Source: Candidatus Omnitrophota bacterium
Lineage (GTDB): Bacteria > Omnitrophota > Omnitrophia > Omnitrophales > Aquincolibacteriaceae
Length of the DNA stretch: 64,000 nt
Direction of reading: 5' to 3'
NCBI GenBank assembly: GCA_043732705.1
Contig: JAYTHE010000040.1
Span: 3,250-67,249 of the forward strand
Shown here: positions 56,280-64,000 of the stretch, one piece after another
Numbering within the stretch: position 1 is the stretch's first letter
How the letters are laid out: each line of letters begins with the position of its first letter
Notes under the pieces: model-generated
Seen by the model: the letters and a program-made list of their open reading frames with translations, nothing else
The model's database searches: none
Told to the model about the DNA's origin: nothing
Translations under genes and position numbers: made by a program

Positions 56280-56972
56280 ATGATTTATACCACCCTGCTT
56301 TTTTTTACATTTTTCTCAGCATTATTTTCACCGCTTGCATTGGCGGCGGACGATAAGCCGCTTCTGCCGGAAATTTACTTGAACGGAAAAATTCAAAATC
56401 CGACGGTTCAGGAACTGGGTGGCATAGGTACAAGGCCATTGCGGCTCTTGGTTGAAAAAAACAACAAGGCTCATGGGGATGAATTAATTCAAGTTTATGC
56501 CATGGGAACGCGTGAAGGCGATTATTTTAGAATAGCATTAGTTCCTCCTGCGCCCGGTACCCGCGTAACGCTTTACAAATTAATAAAAAATCCGGATGGT
56601 GACCGCTTTTTTACACTGCCCATTTCAATTTATTACGGCGAAAAAGGAGAGGCGGCTTATCATGAGAAAATCGCGCCGTATATATCGGAATATCTGATCA
56701 TTGCTTTTGAGCAAACAGAGTCGCCCGGTAAAAAAAGCAATAATCAACTTTATTTTGAAGAGCGCGCGAGAAACTTGGCCGTTAAATCCATTAAACCCAA
56801 TATCAAACTTTCGTCTTTAAAATTAAAAATGAAAGATGTCGCGAGCCAAGAGAAGTCTTTTACCTATGACGCGCAGGAATTGATCGACCGGTTTATTAAT
56901 CCCCAAAGAATTTTTGTGGTCAGGCTTTGGAAAGATGAACGCGTTGTTAATCCGGCACAGGACTCATTATGA
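56280..56972 (+). CDS. Hypothetical exported protein
   Basis: Signal peptide ending ALA-A; no recognisable family. Confidence 0.7.
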   Translation: MIYTTLLFFTFFSALFSPLALAADDKPLLPEIYLNGKIQNPTVQELGGIGTRPLRLLVEKNNKAHGDELIQVYAMGTREGDYFRIALVPPAPGTRVTLYKLIKNPDGDRFFTLPISIYYGEKGEAAYHEKIAPYISEYLIIAFEQTESPGKKSNNQLYFEERARNLAVKSIKPNIKLSSLKLKMKDVASQEKSFTYDAQELIDRFINPQRIFVVRLWKDERVVNPAQDSL

Positions 56973-57562
56973 CGCAGGCTTATTCCTTGGTGAATTTGCA
57001 GCAGGGAACTTCTGATTGGCTGAATTGGCGTTTTGAAGGCATCGGTGCGTCGGACGCGCCCGCGATTATGGGCGAAAACCCCTGGAAAAGCCGGTCGCGG
57101 CTGATGAAGGAAAAGCGCGAAAGAAAAAAAGTAAAGTTGAATGCGGCCATGATTCGCGGAACTGAACTTGAGCCCGAAGCGCGCCAATGTTACGAGAAAA
57201 AATTTGGAATTGCTGTCCCTCCCGCATGTTTGCAAAGTTTAGCACACACCTGGATGCGCGCGAGTGTGGATGGAATGACGCCATGCGGCAGTAAGGTGAT
57301 CGAAATTAAATGCGGTGAGGGTGCTTATTGGAACTCGGCTGCTTCGGGTGTTGTGCCCGTCTACTATATGGGGCAATTACAGCATATTCTTTCTGTTACG
57401 GGTTTGCAGACGATAGATTACTGGTGTTATGTGCCGTCTAAACCCGAAATTCATATCGAAGTTGAGCGTGATGAGTTGTATATCGCGCGTCTCATCGAAA
57501 TGGAAAAGTTGTTTTGGCATGAATTGTCTGAAAGCCGGATTTTTGAGACGAAAGTTGATTGA
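56969..57562 (+). CDS. YqaJ-like (lambda exonuclease family) protein
   Basis: QGTSDWLNWR..GIGASD, G.ELEPEAR, ASVDG, IEIKC, YYMGQLQH. Confidence 0.88.
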   Translation: MTQAYSLVNLQQGTSDWLNWRFEGIGASDAPAIMGENPWKSRSRLMKEKRERKKVKLNAAMIRGTELEPEARQCYEKKFGIAVPPACLQSLAHTWMRASVDGMTPCGSKVIEIKCGEGAYWNSAASGVVPVYYMGQLQHILSVTGLQTIDYWCYVPSKPEIHIEVERDELYIARLIEMEKLFWHELSESRIFETKVD

Positions 57563-57565
57563 ATT

Positions 57566-57639
57566 AAAAACTAGCTCGTTAAATCTGCTCAGACAGCGGA
57601 AGCTTCGCTCCGAACTCGCAGCTTAAACGAGCTGTTTTT
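57566..57639 (+). repeat. Structured intergenic repeat, family B copy 2
   Basis: Core TCTGCTCAGACAG...AACTCGCA enclosed by AAAAACTAGCTCGTT / AACGAGCTGTTTTT. Confidence 0.7.
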
Positions 57640-57705
57640 GTTCATTCATGCCCTGGTGGGTAGAGGCTAGAAGCGGTTAAACGCTTTTGCGTTTCCTGTT
57701 TTAAA

Positions 57706-57742
57706 AACTCCCGGGGTTCGGCAAAGCTGATCCCCGGGAGTT
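57706..57742. repeat. GC-rich REP-like hairpin
   Basis: AACTCCCGGGGTTCGGC-AAA-GCTGATCCCCGGGAGTT. Confidence 0.6.
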
Positions 57743-57756
57743 GAGATGGTAAAAAA

Positions 57757-58422
57757 ATGAATGAAATTAAAATCGATAAGCTTGTTAGATCCAAACGCAG
57801 ATCGATCGCGCTCAGCATTGCGCCCGATGCGACCCTTGTCGTGCGGGCGCCGCTTGCGGTATCTTTGAAATATATTGAAGCTTTAGTTGAGAAACAAAAA
57901 GTCTGGATTTATAAAAAGAAGCAATTAGCTTTGCGAAACGGCCCGGTCAAATCCAAGCAATTTATAAATGGCGAAGAATTTTTGTTTCTGGGTGAAACCT
58001 ATAAACTAAAAATTCAAGACTGCTGGGAAATTGAATTAAAAGACGAACTGATTTTTCCGGAAAGATATCTGGTCAAAGCAAAGACGAGAATCATTGCTTG
58101 GTATAAAGAACAAGCCTTCGAAAAAATTACCGAAAGCGCCGCGCACTATAGCCGGATTTCGGGCTGGAAATATAAAACAATTAATATTACCAGCGCGAAA
58201 GGGCGCTGGGGCTCATGCAGCGCAAGCGGTTCGATTAATTTCAGCTGGAAATTGATTATGGCGCCTTTTGACGTGGTTGAATACGTGGTGGTGCATGAAT
58301 TGGCGCATGTTACCGAGAAAAATCATTCCCCGCGGTTTTGGAATAAAGTAAAAAATATTTTACCTGATTATAAGATTCAGGAAAAGTGGCTCAAGGAAAA
58401 TGGTAAAAATTTAATCCTGTAA
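57757..58422 (+). CDS. YgjP/DUF45 metal-dependent hydrolase
   Basis: RSKRRSI, RWGSCS, YVVVHELAH..EKNHSPRFW. Confidence 0.9.
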   Translation: MNEIKIDKLVRSKRRSIALSIAPDATLVVRAPLAVSLKYIEALVEKQKVWIYKKKQLALRNGPVKSKQFINGEEFLFLGETYKLKIQDCWEIELKDELIFPERYLVKAKTRIIAWYKEQAFEKITESAAHYSRISGWKYKTINITSAKGRWGSCSASGSINFSWKLIMAPFDVVEYVVVHELAHVTEKNHSPRFWNKVKNILPDYKIQEKWLKENGKNLIL

Positions 58423-58426
58423 TTTT

Positions 58427-58555
58427 ATGGAAAAATGTAAAAACTGCAGCGAAGAGTTTGAGGAAGATTTAAGCGATGAAGGGCTTTGTGAAGATTGCGC
58501 GGACGAAGCCGGGCAAGCCGCTGAAGAATTGCAGGGCGAGGAAGATGATGTTTGA
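58427..58555 (+). CDS. Acidic CxxC-CxxC microprotein (42 aa, not in ORF track)
   Basis: MEKCKNCSEEFEEDLSDEGLCEDCADEAGQAAEELQGEEDDV; fills the gap between neighbours and overlaps the yaiI start. Confidence 0.7.
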   Translation: MEKCKNCSEEFEEDLSDEGLCEDCADEAGQAAEELQGEEDDV

Positions 58556-59009
58556 AATTTATGTTGATGCGGATGCTTGTCCCGTAAAGCAGGAAGTGAT
58601 TAAGGTTGCAAAACGCTATCAACTGCCGGTGACTTTTGTTTCAAACTCCTGGATGACCATTCCCAACTCAGAAGGAACAAAACTCGAAGTCGTCGAAAGC
58701 AAACAGCTTGATGCCGCGGATGATTGGATTGTGGAGCATGTTAAAAAAAATGATATCGTGATTACCGCGGATATTCCGTTAGCTTACCGTTGCGTGAAAA
58801 TCGGCGCGCAGGTTTTGGGTTTAAGCGGGCGTATTTTTACGGAAGCTAATATCGGACAGGTTTTGGCGATGCGCGATTTAATGTCGGGTTTGCGTGAATC
58901 GGGAGAAGTTTCGGGCGGCGGCCCGGCGCCTTTTCAACCGCAGGACCGCTCGAAGTTTTTGCATAGTTTGGATCAGATTATTCAAACAGTTAAACGCAGC
59001 GAGGGTTAA
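58548..59009 (+). CDS. yaiI: YaiI/YqxD (UPF0178) family protein
   Basis: IYVDADACPVK, DAADDWI, VITADIPLA, GGPAPF. Start moved to ATG 58545/58548. Confidence 0.9.
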   Translation: MFEIYVDADACPVKQEVIKVAKRYQLPVTFVSNSWMTIPNSEGTKLEVVESKQLDAADDWIVEHVKKNDIVITADIPLAYRCVKIGAQVLGLSGRIFTEANIGQVLAMRDLMSGLRESGEVSGGGPAPFQPQDRSKFLHSLDQIIQTVKRSEG

Positions 59010-59408
59010 ATGAACGATGAAATTGAAAACATTTTAAAATCATCCAAAGTGATCGCTGTTGTTGGGATTTCGGCGAAGCCTGGACGGGCAAGCGGGCATG
59101 TCGCGGAATATTTACTGGAGCATGGTTACAAAATTATCCCCGTGAATCCACAAATTGAAACCTGGCAGGGAATGAAGGTTTATCCGGATTTAAAGGCAAT
59201 CCCGGAAAAAGTCGACTTGGTGGATATTTTTAGGAAGCCGGAAGATGTTCTGCCAATTGTTGACGAAGCGATTGGCATCGGAGCGAAAGCTGTTTGGATG
59301 CAACTAGGGATTGTCAACGAAGCGGCCGCTGAACGAGCCCGCAAAGCCGGGTTAAAAGTAGTTATGGACCGCTGCACATTAATTGAGCATCAAAAGTTAT
59401 TAGGATAA
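59010..59408 (+). CDS. CoA-binding protein (YccU-like)
   Basis: IAVVGIS, IIPVNP, VDLVDIFR, VWMQLGI, VVMDRC. Confidence 0.9.
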   Translation: MNDEIENILKSSKVIAVVGISAKPGRASGHVAEYLLEHGYKIIPVNPQIETWQGMKVYPDLKAIPEKVDLVDIFRKPEDVLPIVDEAIGIGAKAVWMQLGIVNEAAAERARKAGLKVVMDRCTLIEHQKLLG

Positions 59409-59411
59409 CCT

Positions 59412-59648
59412 ATGGATTTCAAAGCAAAAATTCAAAAAGGTATTTACGAACATTATAAAGGTAACCGCTATGAAGTGATTGATCTTGGTTTTCATACCGA
59501 AGCCCGTGAGCCCGTCGTCATCTACAAGGCGCTTTACAAAGGTGATTTTCCTGATGGCACGCTTTGGGTAAGGCCGCTGGCGATGTTTCAAGAAAATATT
59601 TCCGTGAACGGTAAATCAATCCCGCGCTTTCGATTAATAAATTCTTGA
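59412..59648 (+). CDS. DUF1653 family protein
   Basis: GIYEHYKGNRYEV, HTE, VIYKALY, LWVRPLAMF. Confidence 0.88.
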   Translation: MDFKAKIQKGIYEHYKGNRYEVIDLGFHTEAREPVVIYKALYKGDFPDGTLWVRPLAMFQENISVNGKSIPRFRLINS

Positions 59649-59657
59649 AAGTATTCA

Positions 59658-59741
59658 TTTAAAAAATGGACTTAGATCTACTCAGACAGTTGCGTCCATT
59701 GGCTCAGAACTGTTATGTAAAGTGTCCACTATTTTTTTAAA
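59658..59741 (+). repeat. Structured intergenic repeat, family B copy 3
   Basis: Core TCTACTCAGACAG...GCTCAGAACT enclosed by TTTAAAAAATGGAC / GTCCACTATTTTTTTAAA. Confidence 0.6.
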
Positions 59742-59928
59742 AAAGACCGAACGTTGAAAACAAGGAAAATCTGAACGCACTGGTATTCGTGGCACAGCGT
59801 AAGCTGTCGCACTGAAATATGTTTCGTTAAATCAGTACCGGCTCTCTAACTCGCAAACGACCCAAAGGTCTGTTCTGAGCACGAGGCGTGCCGAAGACTG
59901 CAGGGATCCCAGATTTGCTTGTAGTGTT

Positions 59929-60430
59929 TTATCTTATTTCGTAAGGCCTTTGTTCTTTTAAAACGACATAGATTCGAGCTGTTAGTTTTCGAGCGACGGC
60001 AGTAATAGCGATTTGAGCGCCGCTCTGTTGATTACGTTTAGCTTTGATGCGGTGATAGAAATTTGCCAGTTCTTTATCTTTACGAATGGTAATCCAGGTG
60101 GCTTCGATGAGAAGCCCGCGGAGAACGCGATCACCTAGATGGCTAATGCGCCCCCGTCGGACGTTATCGCCGGTGGAACTTTCTCTTGGAACAAGACCCA
60201 CAGAAAGCGCCAAGTTCACGAACATTGCGAAGGTTTGCCGGATCCCCGATACGTGCGAGCAGAGCTGGTGCGATAACCGGCCCAATGCCGGGAATGGATT
60301 CTAAAAGTTTGAGATGGTTGTAAATTAAGGACTCGGTCCGGCAGAGGAGCGAAGCTGCTTGAATCCGGCCTTGTTTTTTTTTAGCTCTGGGCTGCGTCCA
60401 ATCGCGCTAAAATCCGGATAATCCTCTTAC
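59929..60430 (-). pseudogene. IS110-family transposase remnant (frameshifted; N-terminal DEDD domain absent)
   Basis: Minus strand reads KLLESIPGIGPVIAPALLARIGDPANLRNVRELGAFCG, then a frameshift near 60200 into GLVPRESSTGD..RGRISHLG..AITAVARKL. 5' boundary approximate. Confidence 0.88.
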
Positions 60431-60536
60431 ATTGCTTTGCGCAAAAAGTGCAACCGCGTGCTTTCCGCGCCTAAAGCAACCGCCCTGAACATCCGATAAT
60501 ATAGGGTCGCAAATTTTGCGCGGGAGAGGTGCCTTT

Positions 60537-61346
60537 ATGTACGAATCATTCTTTGGTTTAAAAGAGTCGCCGTTTAATGTTACGCCTGATCCGCGCTTTG
60601 TCTATTTCAGCAAGCATCACCAGGAAGCGCTTTCCGCCATGCGTTACGGTGTTGAATACCGCCGTGGCTTTATTCAGGTGACCGGCGAAATCGGCGCCGG
60701 CAAAACAACGCTTTCACGCGCCCTTTTGGCCCAGCTCGGAGATGATGTTCACAGCGCGCTGATTCTCAATCCCAAACTATCTGATTTGGAACTTTTACAG
60801 ACAATCGTCGAAGATTTTGGTTTGAAGCCGGCTTCCAAAAAACGTAAGGCCTATTTTGATGCGTTGAATAAGTTTTTGCTCGAAGAAACGCAAAAAGGAA
60901 AAAACGCCGTCATCATCATTGATGAAGCCCAGCTTTTGACGCCGCGTTCGCTTGAGCAAATCCGCTTGCTTTCCAACCTCGAAACACCGAGTCAGAAACT
61001 TTTACAAATTATTTTAATCGGCCAGCCGGAGCTTAAAGATTTGATCGCGAGACCGGATTTGACGCAATTACGGCAGCGTATTACAGTGCGGTTTCATTTG
61101 CCCGCACTTTCGCACGAAGAAGTGGGGAATTATCTCGAGCAGCGCCTGCGGGTCGCAGGACTGACGGAAAAAGTCTTTTTGCAAGATGCGGTGCATATGA
61201 TTTCCGAATTTTCAGGCGGTATTCCGCGCGTGATCAATGTTTTGGCGGATCGTGCTATGCTAGGTGCCTATGCAAAGGGTATTAAAGAGGTGGACGCCGC
61301 TTTGGTTGAATGCGCGGCCGCAGATTTAGAAGGAGTTGCCGCATGA
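60537..61346 (+). CDS. exeA: ExeA/GspA-family AAA ATPase
   Basis: MYESFFGLKESPF..TPDP, GEIGAGKTT, IIDEAQ, LIGQPEL, GIPRVIN. Confidence 0.88.
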   Translation: MYESFFGLKESPFNVTPDPRFVYFSKHHQEALSAMRYGVEYRRGFIQVTGEIGAGKTTLSRALLAQLGDDVHSALILNPKLSDLELLQTIVEDFGLKPASKKRKAYFDALNKFLLEETQKGKNAVIIIDEAQLLTPRSLEQIRLLSNLETPSQKLLQIILIGQPELKDLIARPDLTQLRQRITVRFHLPALSHEEVGNYLEQRLRVAGLTEKVFLQDAVHMISEFSGGIPRVINVLADRAMLGAYAKGIKEVDAALVECAAADLEGVAA

Positions 61347-61918
61347 GTTTGATTCAAGAAGCGCTTAATAAAACACATAATCGCGTTTCCGTTGCGCCTG
61401 AAAAAAAACAGTCTTTTCCCAAATCTCAGCCGCATATCGATGCTTTAAAGGGGTTGGGCGCGCTGGACCGCGAGGTTGAAAAAAAGATTTTTGAACTTCC
61501 TAAAAGAGAGCCGCGCAAAGTTGAATCAAAAAAACATCCGTTGGTTTTGGGATTGCTATTAGTTGTGCTGTTCGCAAGCGGCTTGATGTTTTGGGCGCAA
61601 AAGCATTTGGAAACGGAACCGGTTCCGCCGCTTACAGTGGCGATTGAACGGCATTCCATTCCTTCGAAAACAAACGCTGAAATGGCGGCGATTAATCAAG
61701 GTCTTGTCCAACCGGCCTTGAGTTCATCGGATGCGCGCGGACTTTTTTTTCTTTCCGGCATTGCATGGGGAGGGGCTCAGCCTTACGCGGTCATTAATGG
61801 ACAAATTTTACGCGCCGGTGAAATGGTAGAAAAAAAAGCTATTCTGCAAACGATCGAACGCGACCGTGTTACTTTAGATTATCGCGGCGAACTCATTCAA
61901 CTCGCAATTAAGCGCTAA
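61343..61918 (+). CDS. ExeB/GspB-like protein
   Basis: MSLIQEAL N-terminus, one TM helix, C-terminal LSGI.W....YAVING...GE; start overlaps the exeA stop. Confidence 0.7.
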   Translation: MSLIQEALNKTHNRVSVAPEKKQSFPKSQPHIDALKGLGALDREVEKKIFELPKREPRKVESKKHPLVLGLLLVVLFASGLMFWAQKHLETEPVPPLTVAIERHSIPSKTNAEMAAINQGLVQPALSSSDARGLFFLSGIAWGGAQPYAVINGQILRAGEMVEKKAILQTIERDRVTLDYRGELIQLAIKR

Positions 61919-62052
61919 GTACAGTCCAGCCATAGGCAGTTTCCCCATGGCTGCTCATTCATAAGCGGGCGTTTGTTCTAAGTCCTCTTTATAATTTCGT
62001 CATTTTGCGATATATCTCTGATGCCTAAATATGCTAATATTGCATATATATT

Positions 62053-62877
62053 ATGAATATAATGTTAAAGTGGGTTTTGACTTCAGCCGGGATTGTCACA
62101 GGTGCCGTCGCCGCCCAACATACCGGCTTCTGTTTTGAGGGTTGGACACCGGTTTTATGCGGTGCAGGGTTTGCATTGCTTTTAATTTCCGGAAATTTAA
62201 AAACTAGACTCATTTTTATTTTTGTCTTCGCGTTTCTTTATGGCTTGTCGGCTGTTGCTCTCGATCGTGATCATTTCACGCATGTTGCGTGGCGCAGCCC
62301 CAAAAAAATAATTATTTTAAGCGGAGAAGTGACTTCCTTTCCGGAAAGAGCAGGGCCACAATGGAAATGGGAATTTAAAGTGTATGAGTTCAGAATGGAA
62401 GCAGGTGAGTGGCGCAAAGCAGCCGGGCGCGTTGAGGTTTCAGTTCCGGCGGTCGAAATTCCGCCGCTGATCGGGGACAAGCTCATTATCAAAGGCCAGA
62501 TTCAGTTTCCCGCCGAGGATAGTCCGGGAGCCTCTTGGAAGCGCCGTCGGTTTTTTCTGAATAATATTCAAGCAGAGATTCGCGTTAAAAAATTCGGTGA
62601 CATTGTTTTTACGGGTTGGAATCCGTGGTTCTTTCCTCTGCGAAACTTGCAATTGATTCGAGAATTGGGAAGCGCTCAAATCGAAAAGCTTTATTCCGTC
62701 GAACAAAGTGCGGTGATCTGCGCATTGCTGTTGGGGCTGCGCATGCCCGATCCAAAACTGCGCATGGTTTTCTCCAAAACCGGGACATCGCAGGTACTTG
62801 CAGGAGCCAACAGGGGAATTTTTGACAGCGCATTTTCAAGTCACTTTACCGCCACGGCATTTACTAAAACCTATTAA
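62053..62877 (+). pseudogene. comEC: ComEC/Rec2 N-terminal fragment, interrupted at about 62803
   Basis: TM plus OB (DUF4131-like) region, then ALLLG...FSKTGTSQVLA; homology stops where the (I/V)SGxH motif should follow. Confidence 0.75.
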
Positions 62878-63232
62878 GAGGAAAGGGGTTAGAACAAATT
62901 TAGGAAACAAAAACAATGTGGTTCATGCCTACTTTGGACTTCCTCAAGAAGTGTGGAAAAGTCTCGAAAATAGGGTCAAAAATGGCCCTAAAAGCCGTTC
63001 TCATATTTCTCGAGAATCGCTAGATTTATACTTTTTTAAGTTGAAAAAGGCGCGACCGATGAGAACTCTTCAAACATGCGAAAAAAGCTCTCCGGTTGGC
63101 CTTAAAACAATTTCTGTAACGATCCGCAAGGATCAAGACCAGTTGCTAAGAATCTTTGCGGAAAAGACTGGTAAAAACATAAGCCAGTTAGGGAGAGAGG
63201 CCTTAGAGGCATACCTTGAAACCAAACTATAG
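62798..63232 (+). CDS. Putative tandem ribbon-helix-helix (CopG-like) DNA-binding protein; true start probably downstream
   Basis: Two RHH-like units: HAYFGLPQEVWKSL..SRSHISRESLDLYF and KTISVTIRKDQDQLL..KTGKNISQLGREALEAYL. Confidence 0.55.
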   Translation: MQEPTGEFLTAHFQVTLPPRHLLKPIKRKGVRTNLGNKNNVVHAYFGLPQEVWKSLENRVKNGPKSRSHISRESLDLYFFKLKKARPMRTLQTCEKSSPVGLKTISVTIRKDQDQLLRIFAEKTGKNISQLGREALEAYLETKL

Positions 63233-63448
63233 GACAAAAGGTGCCCAATTATATTGAACTTACGCTATTTTTTGGTCCAGATTCCCCAGACGCTATAGGG
63301 TTCACAAGGGGATGCTAGTTCTGGTGAAAAAATTAAATAAATACTCATTTATTTTTGCGGAGCAGATTGATCATCTGAAAAGCATATCAACTGCGACACA
63401 ATTTTGAATTAAATCATAAGATTTTCAGCTTGATTGAGGTTGGTATGA

Positions 63449-63769
63449 ATGCTATCGTTTCTGCAAATGATTAAGCATAAATTCCCAATAACAATTTTAG
63501 CCATTGTGATCTTGGTGGGCATTGTTAATTCTGTTGTGATTGAGCCTGCTATTTGTCTTGCACATGAAGACGCCGTTTCTCAGCAACAGCAAAACGATCC
63601 ATGCTGTGTAATTTGCCATCCTATGTATCATCAGGCAATCATGCCCTCGGCTGTTAGTCCCATTTTTACGATGACTCATTTTGTTAACTCTGAAAGACAA
63701 CCTAAGTTTTTTCTTTTAGAAGTACCGACCCGCTCAATCTTTCACCCCCCTTTGCGTTTTAGTTTTTGA
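63449..63769 (+). CDS. Small exported Cys/His-rich protein (DUF2946/CzcI-like) upstream of an efflux gene
   Basis: N-terminal hydrophobic helix, DPCCVICHP, C-terminal IFHPP. Confidence 0.65.
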   Translation: MLSFLQMIKHKFPITILAIVILVGIVNSVVIEPAICLAHEDAVSQQQQNDPCCVICHPMYHQAIMPSAVSPIFTMTHFVNSERQPKFFLLEVPTRSIFHPPLRFSF

Positions 63770-63828
63770 CGCGGCCCGTCTGTCTGTTTGCGGTTTTTAG
63801 CCATTTCTTTAACGTTTAAAAATTGACC

Positions 63829-64000
63829 ATGAAAAAACTCTTTTTTACATTTTCCGTTTTGCTTTTATTTGGAGTGTCCACTGCTCTCGCCATGCAAGCG
63901 GCGAATCAGCAGGATTTGTCTCTTTATCAGGCGTTGCGCATTGCTTTTTCCCATAACCCGAAAATGATGGAAGCGCGTAAAGAAATTGATGCTTCAAAAG
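63829..64000 (+). CDS. TolC-family outer membrane efflux protein (3' truncated by window)
   Basis: Signal peptide MKKLFFTFSVLLLFGVSTALA, then LSLYQALRIAFSHNP typical of OEP N-termini. Confidence 0.65.
   Translation, partial: MKKLFFTFSVLLLFGVSTALAMQAANQQDLSLYQALRIAFSHNPKMMEARKEIDASK

Noticed and set aside
57606-57619. CGCTCCGAA outside the giant gene
   Set aside because: It aligns with the variable GC.C..AACT part of family B repeats and lacks the NYGCG end; probably coincidental.
1-64000. tRNA or rRNA genes
   Set aside because: No cloverleaf with a T-loop in a suitable context or rRNA-like tract was recognised in the intergenic regions by eye.

Overview
A 64 kb bacterial chromosomal window, mostly housekeeping genes on the + strand: manC (partial), uppP, acyl-CoA dehydrogenase, cysI, nfu, scpAB, pheA-hisC-tyrA, rpsA, fabF, lpxA, tyrS, a Gld-like ABC exporter, yggS-proC-yggT-punA-ileS, a kinase/receiver/HD-GYP cluster, dksA-lspA-rluD, futalosine-pathway menaquinone genes, iscS-mrp-glpX and exeAB. 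It is a diderm (lpxA); the giant gene and repeat types suggest a PVC-related lineage such as Ca. Omnitrophota, which is my inference only. The standout is a stand-alone 13.8 kb gene (16854-30635, 4593 aa). It has a signal peptide and a putative TraB/Tiki-superfamily N-terminal domain, followed by 15 unrelated modules (30-717 aa) bounded by 16 copies of the in-frame motif R-S-E-x-R. The motif is also conserved at DNA level (consensus CGCTCCGAANYGCG). Modules include an acyl carrier protein, a UDPGP-family pyrophosphorylase, and units carrying their own Sec- or Tat-like signals. This looks like a cassette-built polyprotein that may be processed and/or recombined at the motif. Other observations: a probable ATA start for lspA, two unannotated microproteins, several families of structured intergenic repeats, a decayed IS110 element, and comEC broken by an apparent island starting with a metal-efflux-like operon.
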